From positions 323,243-387,242 of the forward strand of contig CAZCME010000001.1 of assembly GCA_964499705.1 (NCBI GenBank): a stretch of DNA of 64,000 nucleotides, written 5' to 3'. Shown piece by piece: positions 39,096 to 48,477 of this stretch. Source of the DNA: an uncultured bacterium. GTDB lineage: Bacteria; UBA8481. Below the pieces are notes generated by a model, which worked only from the letters and a program-made list of their open reading frames with translations, had not been told where the DNA came from and made no database searches. Position 1 is the first letter of the stretch; the number at the start of each line of letters is the position of its first letter. The position numbers and the translations under genes were made by a program.

Positions 39096-40154
39096 GAGAG
39101 TCACCGCGAGAAAAATCGCCAGCGGAATCATTTCAACGGCCAGCTCGCCGAGCGTCGCTCCGCGCAGGATGATGCCGCGCACGAGTCGGATGAAGTGCGT
39201 GAGCGGAAGGATTTCGCCAATGCCTTGCGCGAGCGGGGGCATGCCGGAGAAGGGGAACATGAAACCCGAGAGAAGTATCGAGGGGAGAAAGTAGAAGAAC
39301 GTCATCTGCATCGCCTGGAACTGGGATTTCGCGAGCGTCGAGATGAGAAGCCCCAGCGAAAGACTGGTCGCGATGAAGAGGAGCGCGGCGGCGTAGAACT
39401 GCAGGAGGTCGCCGCGGATGGGGAGCCGGAAGAGGAAGACGCCGAGGCCAAGCACGAGCGTGATCTGGACAAGGCCGATGAAGATGTACGGGAGAATCTT
39501 TCCGATCATCAGCTCGGACGTGCGGACCGGAGTCGTGATGAGCATTTCCAGCGTGCCCCGCTCGCGTTCGCGGACGATGGCGATGGCGGTGAAGAGGACC
39601 ATCGTCATCGTGAGGATGACGCCGGCCAATCCCGGGACGATGTTGACGGCGGAGCGACGCTCGGGATTGTAGTAGAGGCGCCGCTCGAAAATCGCGCGCG
39701 ACGCCGCGACGCGCGAACCGCGCTCCACCGCGGGGATCGACGTGAGGCCGCTCGCGGCGGAGGAGACCTGGGGATCGCTGCCGTCGATCAGCAGTTGCGC
39801 GGCGGCGCGGTCGCCTCGAAGGAGCCGCCGCTCGAAGTCGGGAGGGATGTAGAGGCCGATGGAGATTTCTCCGCGGCGCAGCATGTCTTCCAGTTCCTTC
39901 GCGCTGCCGGCCCGTCCCGCGATATCGACCACCTGCGACGCCGCGAGGTCGGCGGTCAGCGCGCGCGACGAGGCCGTGCCGCTCATGTCCGCCACTGCGG
40001 CGCGCAGGTGGCGGAGATCGGTGTTGATGGCATATCCGAAGAGCGTGATCTGGATGAGCGGGATGCCGACGATCATCCCGAGGCTCAAGCGGTCGCGGCG
40101 CAGCTGCCGCAGCTCCTTCCAGGCGATAGCGAAAACACGCGGAAGAAATTTCAT
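39057..40154 (-). CDS. ABC-2 type transporter permease
   Basis: KELRQLRRD, IVRERERGTLE, LSGFMFP, RFRKRLD. Confidence 0.93.
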   Translation of the reverse strand: MKFLPRVFAIAWKELRQLRRDRLSLGMIVGIPLIQITLFGYAINTDLRHLRAAVADMSGTASSRALTADLAASQVVDIAGRAGSAKELEDMLRRGEISIGLYIPPDFERRLLRGDRAAAQLLIDGSDPQVSSAASGLTSIPAVERGSRVAASRAIFERRLYYNPERRSAVNIVPGLAGVILTMTMVLFTAIAIVRERERGTLEMLITTPVRTSELMIGKILPYIFIGLVQITLVLGLGVFLFRLPIRGDLLQFYAAALLFIATSLSLGLLISTLAKSQFQAMQMTFFYFLPSILLSGFMFPFSGMPPLAQGIGEILPLTHFIRLVRGIILRGATLGELAVEMIPLAIFLAVTLSLSILRFRKRLD

Positions 40155-40155
40155 A

Positions 40156-41115
40156 TCATGCTCCGCCGCGCCGCTTCTCGTGATCCAGGACTCCGGCGCC
40201 TGTTGCCGCGACGAAGACGTCCTCGAGGCTGGCCGCGGCAAGGACGACCCGGCCGTCGATCCCGGCTTCGCGGAGCGCGCGTTCGAGCCTTGCGACCGGA
40301 TCGGAAAGCGAACGATCGACGAGCGCGTGAAGACGCACGCCGAGCTGAGCGACGCTCTTGATCTCCGGCACGGAACCGATCGCGCTCCGCGCCGCGCGGA
40401 TCTCCTCGGCTTCGATCTCCAGGACGGTCGCGTCGATTCCACGCATCATCTCCCGAGGCGAACCGTTCGCGACGATGACACCGAGATCGAGGATGGCGAG
40501 ACCGTGGCATCGTTCGGCTTCGTCCATGTAATGCGTCGAGACCAGGATCGTCGTGCCGGCATCGGCGAGCAGGAAGAGCCGTTCCCAGAATTCGCGGCGG
40601 TTCTGCGGATCTACGGCGCTCGTGGGCTCGTCGAGAAAGAGAAGCTCGGGTTCGTGGAGAACGGCTCCGGCAAGGGCGAGCCGCTGTTTCTGGCCGCCCG
40701 AGAGCGTTCCCGCGCGCTGGTGCGGTCGATCGGCGAGCTCGTATTCATCGAGGAGCGAATCGATGCGGGATTTGCGTCTGGAGTGGGGAAGAGTGTAGAT
40801 CGCGGCGAGAAATTCGAGGTTCTCCCGGACGGAAAGATCTTCGTACAGGGAAAAGCGCTGCGTCATGTATCCGATGCGGCTTCGCAGCGCTTCGGCATCG
40901 CGTGGGACGTGATGTCCGAGGACTGTGGCTTCGCCTTCGCTGGGCTTCAGGAGGCCGCAGAGCATGCGGATCGTCGTGGATTTTCCGGAGCCGTTCGGAC
41001 CGAGAAATCCGTGTATGCGACCCGCGGGAATGGCGAGGTCGATGTGGTCGACCGCCGTCACTTTATCAAAGCGCCGGGTCAATCCTCGCGCCACGATCGC
41101 GAGCTCGGAATTCAC
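40156..41115 (-). CDS. ABC transporter ATP-binding protein
   Basis: GPNGSGKST, LSGGQ, LFLDEPT, STHYMDE. Confidence 0.95.
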   Translation of the reverse strand: MNSELAIVARGLTRRFDKVTAVDHIDLAIPAGRIHGFLGPNGSGKSTTIRMLCGLLKPSEGEATVLGHHVPRDAEALRSRIGYMTQRFSLYEDLSVRENLEFLAAIYTLPHSRRKSRIDSLLDEYELADRPHQRAGTLSGGQKQRLALAGAVLHEPELLFLDEPTSAVDPQNRREFWERLFLLADAGTTILVSTHYMDEAERCHGLAILDLGVIVANGSPREMMRGIDATVLEIEAEEIRAARSAIGSVPEIKSVAQLGVRLHALVDRSLSDPVARLERALREAGIDGRVVLAAASLEDVFVAATGAGVLDHEKRRGGA

Positions 41116-42077
41116 CTGGGTGCGGGTGAAGTTTTCTCGAAGGAGACCTGTACCGGCAAACCGGCCGCGATGCGGTCTTTCGCGTCGAGTATCTCGATCT
41201 CGGCAAGGTAGCTGAGGCGTCCCCGGTCGCGCTCCGTCAGAGCGAAATAAGGAGTGAAAGCGGGATCGTGCGCTATCCTGCGGACGCGGCCCCGATAGGG
41301 CGACGGAACTCCGTCGGCGTGTATGGAGACGGGAGCGCCCGGCTCGATGCCGGCCCGGAGAGACTCAGGTATATAGACGCGGGCGTATGCCGAACCTTCG
41401 ATGAGAAGAATCGCGACGACTCCGCCAGCCGGCGGTCGCTCACCGCGGTCGAAAGGTATCACCTCGATGCGACCTGCTGTCGGCGCGCGAACGATGTTGC
41501 GCTCCGCGCGGACGTGAAGCTCATCGCGCGCTCGGCGGGATTCTTCCACCGCCGCATCGGCCGCGCGGATCTGCTCCTCGGTGGAACCCCTCCTGAGCGC
41601 GGCGAGCGCCTGGAAGAGCTCATCGCGGCGCCCTTCGGCCGCATCGCGCGCCTGGCGCGCCGCATCCAGGCGCTGAGCGGATTCGGCGCCTTCGGCCGCG
41701 AGTTTTTCGAAGCGGACGAGATCAGCGCGCGCCGTCGAGAGCGCGCGCTCGGCGGTCATGAGGCGAGCCCGCGCTTCCGCGATCAGCTCGTGTCGTGGCC
41801 CGCGTTTCACCTCGTCGCGCAGCGCTTCGGCATGCGCGATGGCCGCTTCCGCCTGATCGATCCGAGCCCGCAGCAGCGAGGTATCGAGCACGACGACGAT
41901 CGCTCCGGACTCGATTCGGTCGCCCTCCGCCGCGCCGAAGCGGAGGATGGGATCGGAAGATTCGGCGATCAACTCGACGCGGTCCAGTTCCAACGTGCCC
42001 ACGACGGGCTGCGGCGCTTCCGGGCGTCCGCAGGAGGCAAGGACGATCAGGGCGCAGGCGATTGCGGCACGAATCAT
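41112..42077 (-). CDS. HlyD-family membrane fusion lipoprotein
   Basis: LASC lipobox, lipoyl halves flanking a coiled coil, FTPY motif. Confidence 0.9.
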   Translation of the reverse strand: MIRAAIACALIVLASCGRPEAPQPVVGTLELDRVELIAESSDPILRFGAAEGDRIESGAIVVVLDTSLLRARIDQAEAAIAHAEALRDEVKRGPRHELIAEARARLMTAERALSTARADLVRFEKLAAEGAESAQRLDAARQARDAAEGRRDELFQALAALRRGSTEEQIRAADAAVEESRRARDELHVRAERNIVRAPTAGRIEVIPFDRGERPPAGGVVAILLIEGSAYARVYIPESLRAGIEPGAPVSIHADGVPSPYRGRVRRIAHDPAFTPYFALTERDRGRLSYLAEIEILDAKDRIAAGLPVQVSFEKTSPAPR

Positions 42078-42129
42078 GCGGGCAGGCTATCACACTTTAG
42101 CGCTGATGGGGCAGGCACGTTGTGCCAGG

Positions 42130-42366
42130 GCAGAAGCTTCTCAACTGAAAATCATTAACCACGAACCACACGAAAAATACGAAATTATGGGAAGATATGT
42201 CGCTTTATGGATGCGGTTGAGGAGAACACCGGTTGATGGGGAGAAAACATTCTCGCGCTGCAGATCCATCCTCCGCGACAGCTGACTCTATTTCATCCCA
42301 TCGAAAGGCATTGTTCGTGTGGTTCGTGTGGTTCGTGGTTAATGATTTTCAGTTGGGAACCTCTGC
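42130..42366. mobile_element. MITE-like inverted-repeat element with 9-bp tandem-unit arms (copy 3)
   Basis: About 53-bp terminal inverted repeats including a perfect 33-bp core (42142-42174 / 42323-42355). Confidence 0.8.
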
Positions 42367-42509
42367 ATTAATTTCGTGGACGACAAATCCCGGGGAAGGC
42401 ATCAATATGTGAACGTGATCGGCGAGCCCCGACAAACGATCCAGGGTTTCAGGAGATGCGCATTTTTCTGTTCCGTCGGCGCACTCGGCGAACTTGGGCG
42501 CGCGGAACG

Positions 42510-43133
42510 ATGAACAGGCGCGAGACCGTAGCATCGCTGCGCGCTCGCTACCGCTTCACAGGCCTCGTATACGACATCCTCGACGTCCCGTGGGAGCGCA
42601 TCTATCGGCGCTGGCGGCCGCAACTCGTGGGCGATCTCGCCGGAACCATCCTGGAGGCCGGTGTCGGAACCGGACGCAACCTTCCATTCTACCGAGGTCA
42701 GCGCGTCGTCGGGCTCGACCTTTCCGAGGTCATGCTCGCGCGCGCGTCCAGGCGACTCCCCGCCGACGCGCGCGCACACCTTCTTCAGGGCGACGCGTGC
42801 CGGCTGCCGATGTCATCCGCCTCCGTCGATTCGTATCTTTCGACGTTTCTCTACTGCGTCCTGCCCGATGATCTGCAGACCGGATCGCTCGCTGAGATGG
42901 CGCGCGTGCTGAAGCCGGGCGGCCGCTTCCGACTTCTCGAGATCATCTATTCACGTAATGAACGGAAGAGGCGTCAGCAGGAATTTCTGGCGCCGGTCGT
43001 GGAGCGCCTCTACGGCGCGCGATTCGACCGGCGGACGCTCGATCTGATCCGTTCGACGCCCGTTCTGGAGGTGACATCGACGCGCTTTCTGAAAGACGAC
43101 ACTTATCTCCTCATCGACGGTGTCCGGCGATGA
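42510..43133 (+). CDS. Class I SAM-dependent methyltransferase
   Basis: ILEAGVGTG, GLDLSEVML, GDACRLP, RVLKPGG. Confidence 0.9.
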   Translation: MNRRETVASLRARYRFTGLVYDILDVPWERIYRRWRPQLVGDLAGTILEAGVGTGRNLPFYRGQRVVGLDLSEVMLARASRRLPADARAHLLQGDACRLPMSSASVDSYLSTFLYCVLPDDLQTGSLAEMARVLKPGGRFRLLEIIYSRNERKRRQQEFLAPVVERLYGARFDRRTLDLIRSTPVLEVTSTRFLKDDTYLLIDGVRR

Positions 43134-43813
43134 GCGGCCAGGGCGCAACGCAAGACACGGCGCGGCGCCTCAGCATCATCATCCCCACGCTGAACGAGCA
43201 GCATTACCTGGCCGCCACGCTCGAGCGGCTCGACGAAACGCGCGACGAGATCATTGTCGTCGACGGAGGTTCCGCCGATCGCACGCGGGATGTGGCGCGG
43301 GCGGCGGGAGCCCGCGTGATCACGGCGCCGCGAGGACGCGCTCGTCAGATGAACGCCGGAGCGGCCGCGGCGAGCGGCGAGATCCTCCTCTTTCTCCATG
43401 CCGACACGCATCCACCCACGAACTATGCCGCATGTATTTGCGACGCGATCGACGGCGGCGCCGTGGGCGGAGCCTTCACACTCGCCATTGACGCCCCGAA
43501 CCCTCTCTATCGCTCGATCGAGACGGCCGTCCGCATCCGCTCGCGTTATCTCGGCCTGCCGTACGGCGATCAGGCTCTCTTCGTTTCGCGGTCGGCATTC
43601 GCGAAGATGCGGGGATTCCGCGAGATCGAGATCATGGAGGATTTCGACTTCGTGCGTCGGATCCGGCGCCACGGCAAATTCAGCCTGCTCGACGCGAGAG
43701 TCACCACATCCGCGCGGCGCTGGCAACGCGTCGGACCGATTCGCGTCACGATTCAGAATCAGGTTACGGTTCTCGGCTACCTTCTGGGCATCCGGATGCG
43801 CCTCTCGAAATAA
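43130..43813 (+). CDS. GT2 glycosyltransferase, TIGR04283-like
   Basis: SIIIPTLNE, VDGGS, GRARQMNAGA, LFLHADT, YGDQALF, MEDFDF, TSARRW. Confidence 0.85.
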   Translation: MSGQGATQDTARRLSIIIPTLNEQHYLAATLERLDETRDEIIVVDGGSADRTRDVARAAGARVITAPRGRARQMNAGAAAASGEILLFLHADTHPPTNYAACICDAIDGGAVGGAFTLAIDAPNPLYRSIETAVRIRSRYLGLPYGDQALFVSRSAFAKMRGFREIEIMEDFDFVRRIRRHGKFSLLDARVTTSARRWQRVGPIRVTIQNQVTVLGYLLGIRMRLSK

Positions 43814-44745
43814 TCGATGATGGGCAATTCGCACCGCCGGTCCATCGCGCGATTGATCTGGATGAGCCCGGAAGGGCAGGTGACGTTGATCTCGCTCAGG
43901 TGATCGCCGATGATGTCGATGCAGATGAGCGGCAGCCGATCCTTTGGGAACGTGTCCGCCACGTGGCGGCAGGCGGCCCGATCCGCCTCGGAGAGCTCGA
44001 AGGGAACGGTCACGGCGCCGGCATGGATGTTCGCGAGATACTGGCCTTCCCTCGGGATGCGGTTGACCCAGCCGATCGGCTCGCCTTCGAGCAGGAAGAT
44101 CCGCTTGTCGCCCTCGCGAACGCGCTCGTTGAATTCCTGGAGCATGAGCGGCTCCCGCCAATCCTCGGACGACCGGCGCATCAGGCCCTTCGCCTGCTCC
44201 GGATCATCCGCAGCGAATTTCACGACCCCCATCCCACCGAAGGCGTTGGTCGGCTTGGCGATCCACTGGCGCACGTCCGGAGCGCCGCGAAGCGCGTCCA
44301 TCGCCGATTCCTCCGACATGACGACGCGGGAAACGCTGATGCCGCCCGGATAGGAGAATATGGCGAGCTTCTCGTTATAAGATCGGATGGCGACAGGGTC
44401 GTTGAGGACCAGCGTGCCCGCTCGATCGAGCATATGGGTCGCCACGAGATATCGAGAATCGACCGGTGGATCCATCCGCAGGAGGCACAGGTCGAGTTCC
44501 CTGAAATCGAGCGGACGCGGGTCCGTGAATTGCGCGAGCGGATCGCCGGATCCGACATAGGCGCTTTCGTGGAAGATCGCGGTCAGCCCCTCGTTCGCCA
44601 GGCACATCGTCCGCCACGAGGCGAAGAGCACGCGGTGGCCGCGACGCCGGAACTCCGCTCCGAACAGGAGCGAGTTATCCCAGGAGACATCGAGAGCGCT
44701 GAAATCCTCGGTCAGGAATCCGATCGTTTTTGGTCCAGCCGGCAT
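43777..44745 (-). CDS. gshB: Glutathione synthetase (prokaryotic ATP-grasp)
   Basis: RMDPPVD..YL, NEKL, KP...GG.G, GDKRI, ANIHAG, EINVTCPSG. Confidence 0.85.
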   Translation of the reverse strand: MPAGPKTIGFLTEDFSALDVSWDNSLLFGAEFRRRGHRVLFASWRTMCLANEGLTAIFHESAYVGSGDPLAQFTDPRPLDFRELDLCLLRMDPPVDSRYLVATHMLDRAGTLVLNDPVAIRSYNEKLAIFSYPGGISVSRVVMSEESAMDALRGAPDVRQWIAKPTNAFGGMGVVKFAADDPEQAKGLMRRSSEDWREPLMLQEFNERVREGDKRIFLLEGEPIGWVNRIPREGQYLANIHAGAVTVPFELSEADRAACRHVADTFPKDRLPLICIDIIGDHLSEINVTCPSGLIQINRAMDRRCELPIIDYFERRIRMPRR

Positions 44746-45486
44746 CGCGCGATTATGCCGCGAACCCGCGCAGCGATGAAGAGAAAACGCTCCGACAGAG
44801 CCCTCTTACGACAAGAATGAGGGGAGACACTGTCAATTCTGAACGCCGCGCCCCTCCTTTTTCATCAATGCCTTTTTAGCGTCGGCGCCGAACTCGAACA
44901 AATGGAACGACGGCATGGGGCTTGCTTCCCGTCATCTCATGGAAACCTTTCTCAAGAATCCCCTCGTCGCCGAAGGAACGACGGGCCGGGATGCCGGATC
45001 TCATTTCCCGGGACGGTCGCGCACCTCGCATCGCGTCGTGGATCGAACCGTGCGTGTCGTTTGCCGCTCATATCTCATCGTCAGCACATCAGATGCAAAC
45101 ATCCCGTTAATGAAGATCCGTTGTAATGGAGGGACCATGAAAGAGGAGACTGTAGGGGCTGGAAAGCGAAGCTTGAGGAGAATCGAATCATGTGGGAATT
45201 TCCGATACTTGTATGGTTTTTGCAGGAGTCGATCAGGAAAGCGAACGCGGAGTTTTCACTATCCGCGCCTTCGAAACTGGAATGGGAGACAGCGCAGGCC
45301 CGACGGGAGAAAAGTGCGCGCGCGCAACGCATCGACCGGCTGACGCCGCTCAGGAGATTATTCCGGAGCCGGGGCAGAATCTGGCGAAGATCGCCAAGCG
45401 CCATCCTCGATAAGACGGGCGAGACATGAAGGAGTATCTGCTCATCGTGACGCCGTCAGGGCTGCCGAGTTTTGCCCGGACCGCAC

Positions 45487-46248
45487 CTAAGAAAGAATTC
45501 CCGCGAGAATGGAGTACGCCGAGGCGAAGACTATGGCGGCGGGAAGAACAGGAAACACTTCGTAGTCATGTGTGAAGAAAAACTCGGGAATCCCTACCGC
45601 TGCGCGCTTGAGAAACGACTCGGAAGCGCCGGCGCGGGAAGCGGTCAGGACAAGCAGTCCGGATAAGGTGATGTAAAACGTCAAGATCGAGATGAATCCG
45701 AAGACCTTCCGGTCGAGAGCGGAGTCGCCCAGCTCGTTCCATTCGGCGGGCAAGAAGATCTTCGCGATCGCGGAGACGAGCTCGGCGGAATTCACGGCGA
45801 AGAAGAGCAGAGCGGCCAGGCCGGTCATCTTGAGGACGAGCGCCCAGGCCCGGGCCGCGTCGGGCGTCGATTCTCCCACGGCGATCACGCGCAGAAAATG
45901 CATCGTGTCGGCGTTCCGAATCTTCTCCGCCAGTAACTCGAAATCGGAATCGGCGAGCGATTCCCCCTCGATACGAGCGGCTTCGATCCAACGCGCGTAA
46001 CGCGACCATTCCGGATCCCGCAACCGCCGGAATTCGGATTCGATGACCCTCAGCCTATCGTAGACTCTTCGTCGGGCCCGGCTCCGCAGGATCATCTGGG
46101 CTTCGTAGTATCTGATGAACCGCGCCCGAGCGTCCGGCCTGTCGGTTCGCTTCGGATGCCACTCCTCGGTCCGCGCCCAGAATGCTCTCGTGATCTCCTC
46201 GCGGGGAGCGGCCGGATCCACCTGCAGCAGCTCGTAATAATTCATCAT
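45487..46248 (-). CDS. J-domain-like protein with C-terminal membrane helices
   Basis: NYYELLQV...WHPKR...RRVYD; three hydrophobic segments at the C-terminus; start may be further upstream (46326). Confidence 0.7.
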   Translation of the reverse strand: MMNYYELLQVDPAAPREEITRAFWARTEEWHPKRTDRPDARARFIRYYEAQMILRSRARRRVYDRLRVIESEFRRLRDPEWSRYARWIEAARIEGESLADSDFELLAEKIRNADTMHFLRVIAVGESTPDAARAWALVLKMTGLAALLFFAVNSAELVSAIAKIFLPAEWNELGDSALDRKVFGFISILTFYITLSGLLVLTASRAGASESFLKRAAVGIPEFFFTHDYEVFPVLPAAIVFASAYSILAGILS

Positions 46249-46515
46249 GGGTCGGGCGATCGATTTTCCGCCCGATGGCGACGGAACGGCGATGCCGGGA
46301 TGCAAGGCGCTCGATTTCAACAGCATGATTTTCCCGCTATGATCTTAGCGCGTCGATTGGACAAAAATCTATGGACCGCGAAAAGGCGTCCGGCCGTTTT
46401 CGAATTTCCTTGCATCAACATGTAATTAAAGTCCCGCGACATGGAGCACAGCTCGCTTCGCATAATTCTTGTTGAATGCGAGGTCGCGCTTTCGGAATTG
46501 GAATTCAGGATTTCG

Positions 46516-48132
46516 TCAGGAATTGGAACCGGCAGTATGCACGATATCGAGTGCGAGCGCTTCGGCCACCTTGATTCCGTCGATCGCTGACGAGAGGATT
46601 CCGCCCGCGTATCCCGCTCCTTCGCCCGCAGGATAAAGACCCCGGACGCCGGGGCTCTCGCAGTGGTCGTTCCGCGGGATCCGAACAGGCGAGGATGTCC
46701 TCGTCTCCACGGCGGTCAGGACCGCGTCCGGCAGGGCGAAACCCCGGAGTTGGCGGGCGAAGGCGGGGAGCGCTTCCCGGATTGCGGCGACGGCGAAATC
46801 GGGAAGGCACGGCGCGAGGTCGCAGAGCCGGACCCCGGGCAGATAGGACGGTATGACCGAGCCGAATTTCGTGGAGGCGCGTCCTTCCAGAAAATCGCCG
46901 ACGAGCTGGCCCGGCGCCCAGTAGTTTTCTCCTCCCAGCCGGAACGCGATCTCCTCGTAGCGGCGCTGGAACGCGATCCCCGCGAGAGGTCCGCCCGGGA
47001 AATCAGCGGGCGTGATCCCGACGACGATCCCGCTGTTGGCGTTCCGTTCGTCCCGCGAATACTGGCTCATGCCGTTCGTGACGAGGTGGCCCGGCTCCGA
47101 CGCCGCCGCCAGGACGGTGCCTCCCGGGCACATGCAGAAGCTGTAGACGGATCGTCCGTTACCGCAATGGTGAACGAGCTTGTAGTCGGCGGCGCCAAGC
47201 GCCGGATGTCCCGCGTGGGATCCCAGACGGCACCGATCGATGAGCGATTGAGGATGCTCGATCCGGAGCCCGATCGAGAAGGGCTTGGCCTCGAGCGGGA
47301 TGCCTCTTTCGTGAAGCATGTGAAAGGTATCGCGGGCGCTGTGTCCGATGGCCAGGAGCACGTGTCGACATTCGATCCGCTCGCCGTTGTCCAGGATGAG
47401 CCCGGCGACTGTTCCATCATGAATATCCAGGTCCTCGACGCGGCTTTCGAAACGGAATTCTCCCCCGAGACTTTCGATGGAGGCGCGCATCCGCTCGACG
47501 ATCCGCACGAGCCGGTATGTCCCGATATGGGGCTTATTGACGTAAAGAATTTCAGGAGTGGCGCCGGCCGCGACGAATTCCTCGAGAACCTTCCTGCCGT
47601 AATGTTTCGGATCGCGGATCTGGCTGTGGAGCTTGCCGTCGGAAAACGTGCCCGCTCCGCCTTCGCCGAACTGGACGTTCGATTCCGGATTCAGATGCCC
47701 GGTCTTCCAGAACTTGAAGGTATCCAGGGCTCGCTCGCGCACGATCCTGCCGCGTTCCAGGACGAGCGGCCTGAATCCCATCTGGGCGAGGACGAGCGCC
47801 GCGAAGAGACCGCAGGGGCCGGTTCCCACGACGACAGGCCTCCGCGTCAAATTGTCCGGAGCGCGCGTGACGAATCGATAGATCATCTCCGGCGCCTTCG
47901 CGATCCGGCGATCGTTCCCCAACCGAGCCAGTGCTCCGGCTTCGTCCTTCACTTCGGCGTCGATCGTGTAGATGAATTCGATCGCATTCTTCCGTCGCGC
48001 ATCCGGCGCTCGGCGGCGGATCGTGTATCCGATGAGATCCGCGGGCTCGATGCGCAGGAGCTTCTGCAGGCGAATCCGGAGATCGGCCTCGGCATGATCG
48101 AGCGGCATGCGGAATTCCGTGATGCGAATCAT
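46516..48132 (-). CDS. Uncharacterised NAD(P)/FAD-dependent oxidoreductase
   Basis: GTGPCG, FGEGGAGTFSDGKL, SFCMCPGG, ETRTSSP, GEGAGYAGGI. Confidence 0.9.
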   Translation of the reverse strand: MIRITEFRMPLDHAEADLRIRLQKLLRIEPADLIGYTIRRRAPDARRKNAIEFIYTIDAEVKDEAGALARLGNDRRIAKAPEMIYRFVTRAPDNLTRRPVVVGTGPCGLFAALVLAQMGFRPLVLERGRIVRERALDTFKFWKTGHLNPESNVQFGEGGAGTFSDGKLHSQIRDPKHYGRKVLEEFVAAGATPEILYVNKPHIGTYRLVRIVERMRASIESLGGEFRFESRVEDLDIHDGTVAGLILDNGERIECRHVLLAIGHSARDTFHMLHERGIPLEAKPFSIGLRIEHPQSLIDRCRLGSHAGHPALGAADYKLVHHCGNGRSVYSFCMCPGGTVLAAASEPGHLVTNGMSQYSRDERNANSGIVVGITPADFPGGPLAGIAFQRRYEEIAFRLGGENYWAPGQLVGDFLEGRASTKFGSVIPSYLPGVRLCDLAPCLPDFAVAAIREALPAFARQLRGFALPDAVLTAVETRTSSPVRIPRNDHCESPGVRGLYPAGEGAGYAGGILSSAIDGIKVAEALALDIVHTAGSNS

Positions 48133-48253
48133 GGGGAGAACTCTCCCGTTTCCGCGCAAAAAATCAAAACAATTCGACGTCCGCCTTGCGCCACATTGCG
48201 CCACCGCAGGGAACGCCGGAGCGACCAGTAGATCCCCATCAATAAATATTTAT

Positions 48254-48374
48254 CAGGATAGGCAGGATGGGCAGGATCAATTGAGGATGAACACCATCCA
48301 ATCTTCCCATTTCTTACGATTGCGGATTCTATCAATCTCAAATCCTGCCCATCCTGCCCATCCTGCCCATCCTG
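48254..48374. repeat. Inverted-repeat element with 9-bp CAGGATGGG units (copy 4, different unit sequence)
   Basis: caggataggcaggatgggcaggat (48254-48277) versus (atcctgccc)3-atcctg (48342-48374). Confidence 0.88.
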
Positions 48375-48477
48375 TTAATTTCCCGCCACCGCGGGGAACT
48401 TCCGCGGATCGACGGCGTCTATTGACCGGCGGGCGCGCAGCGCGATACCGTATTTCAATATTCAGCAGGAGGAAGGT

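Noticed and set aside
38842-39294. 150-aa ORF starting in repeat copy B
   Set aside because: It is a relic of the FecR gene end reading through a mutated stop into the antisense strand of the permease.
44820-45480. Short ORFs in a 0.65-kb gap, including a LysM-like phrase (PGQNLAKIAKRH)
   Set aside because: The similarity is too short, with no consistent frame or recognisable RNA structure.
1046-48374. CRISPR arrays
   Set aside because: The repeats are short tandem 9-mers in inverted arms with no unique spacers between units, and there are no cas genes.
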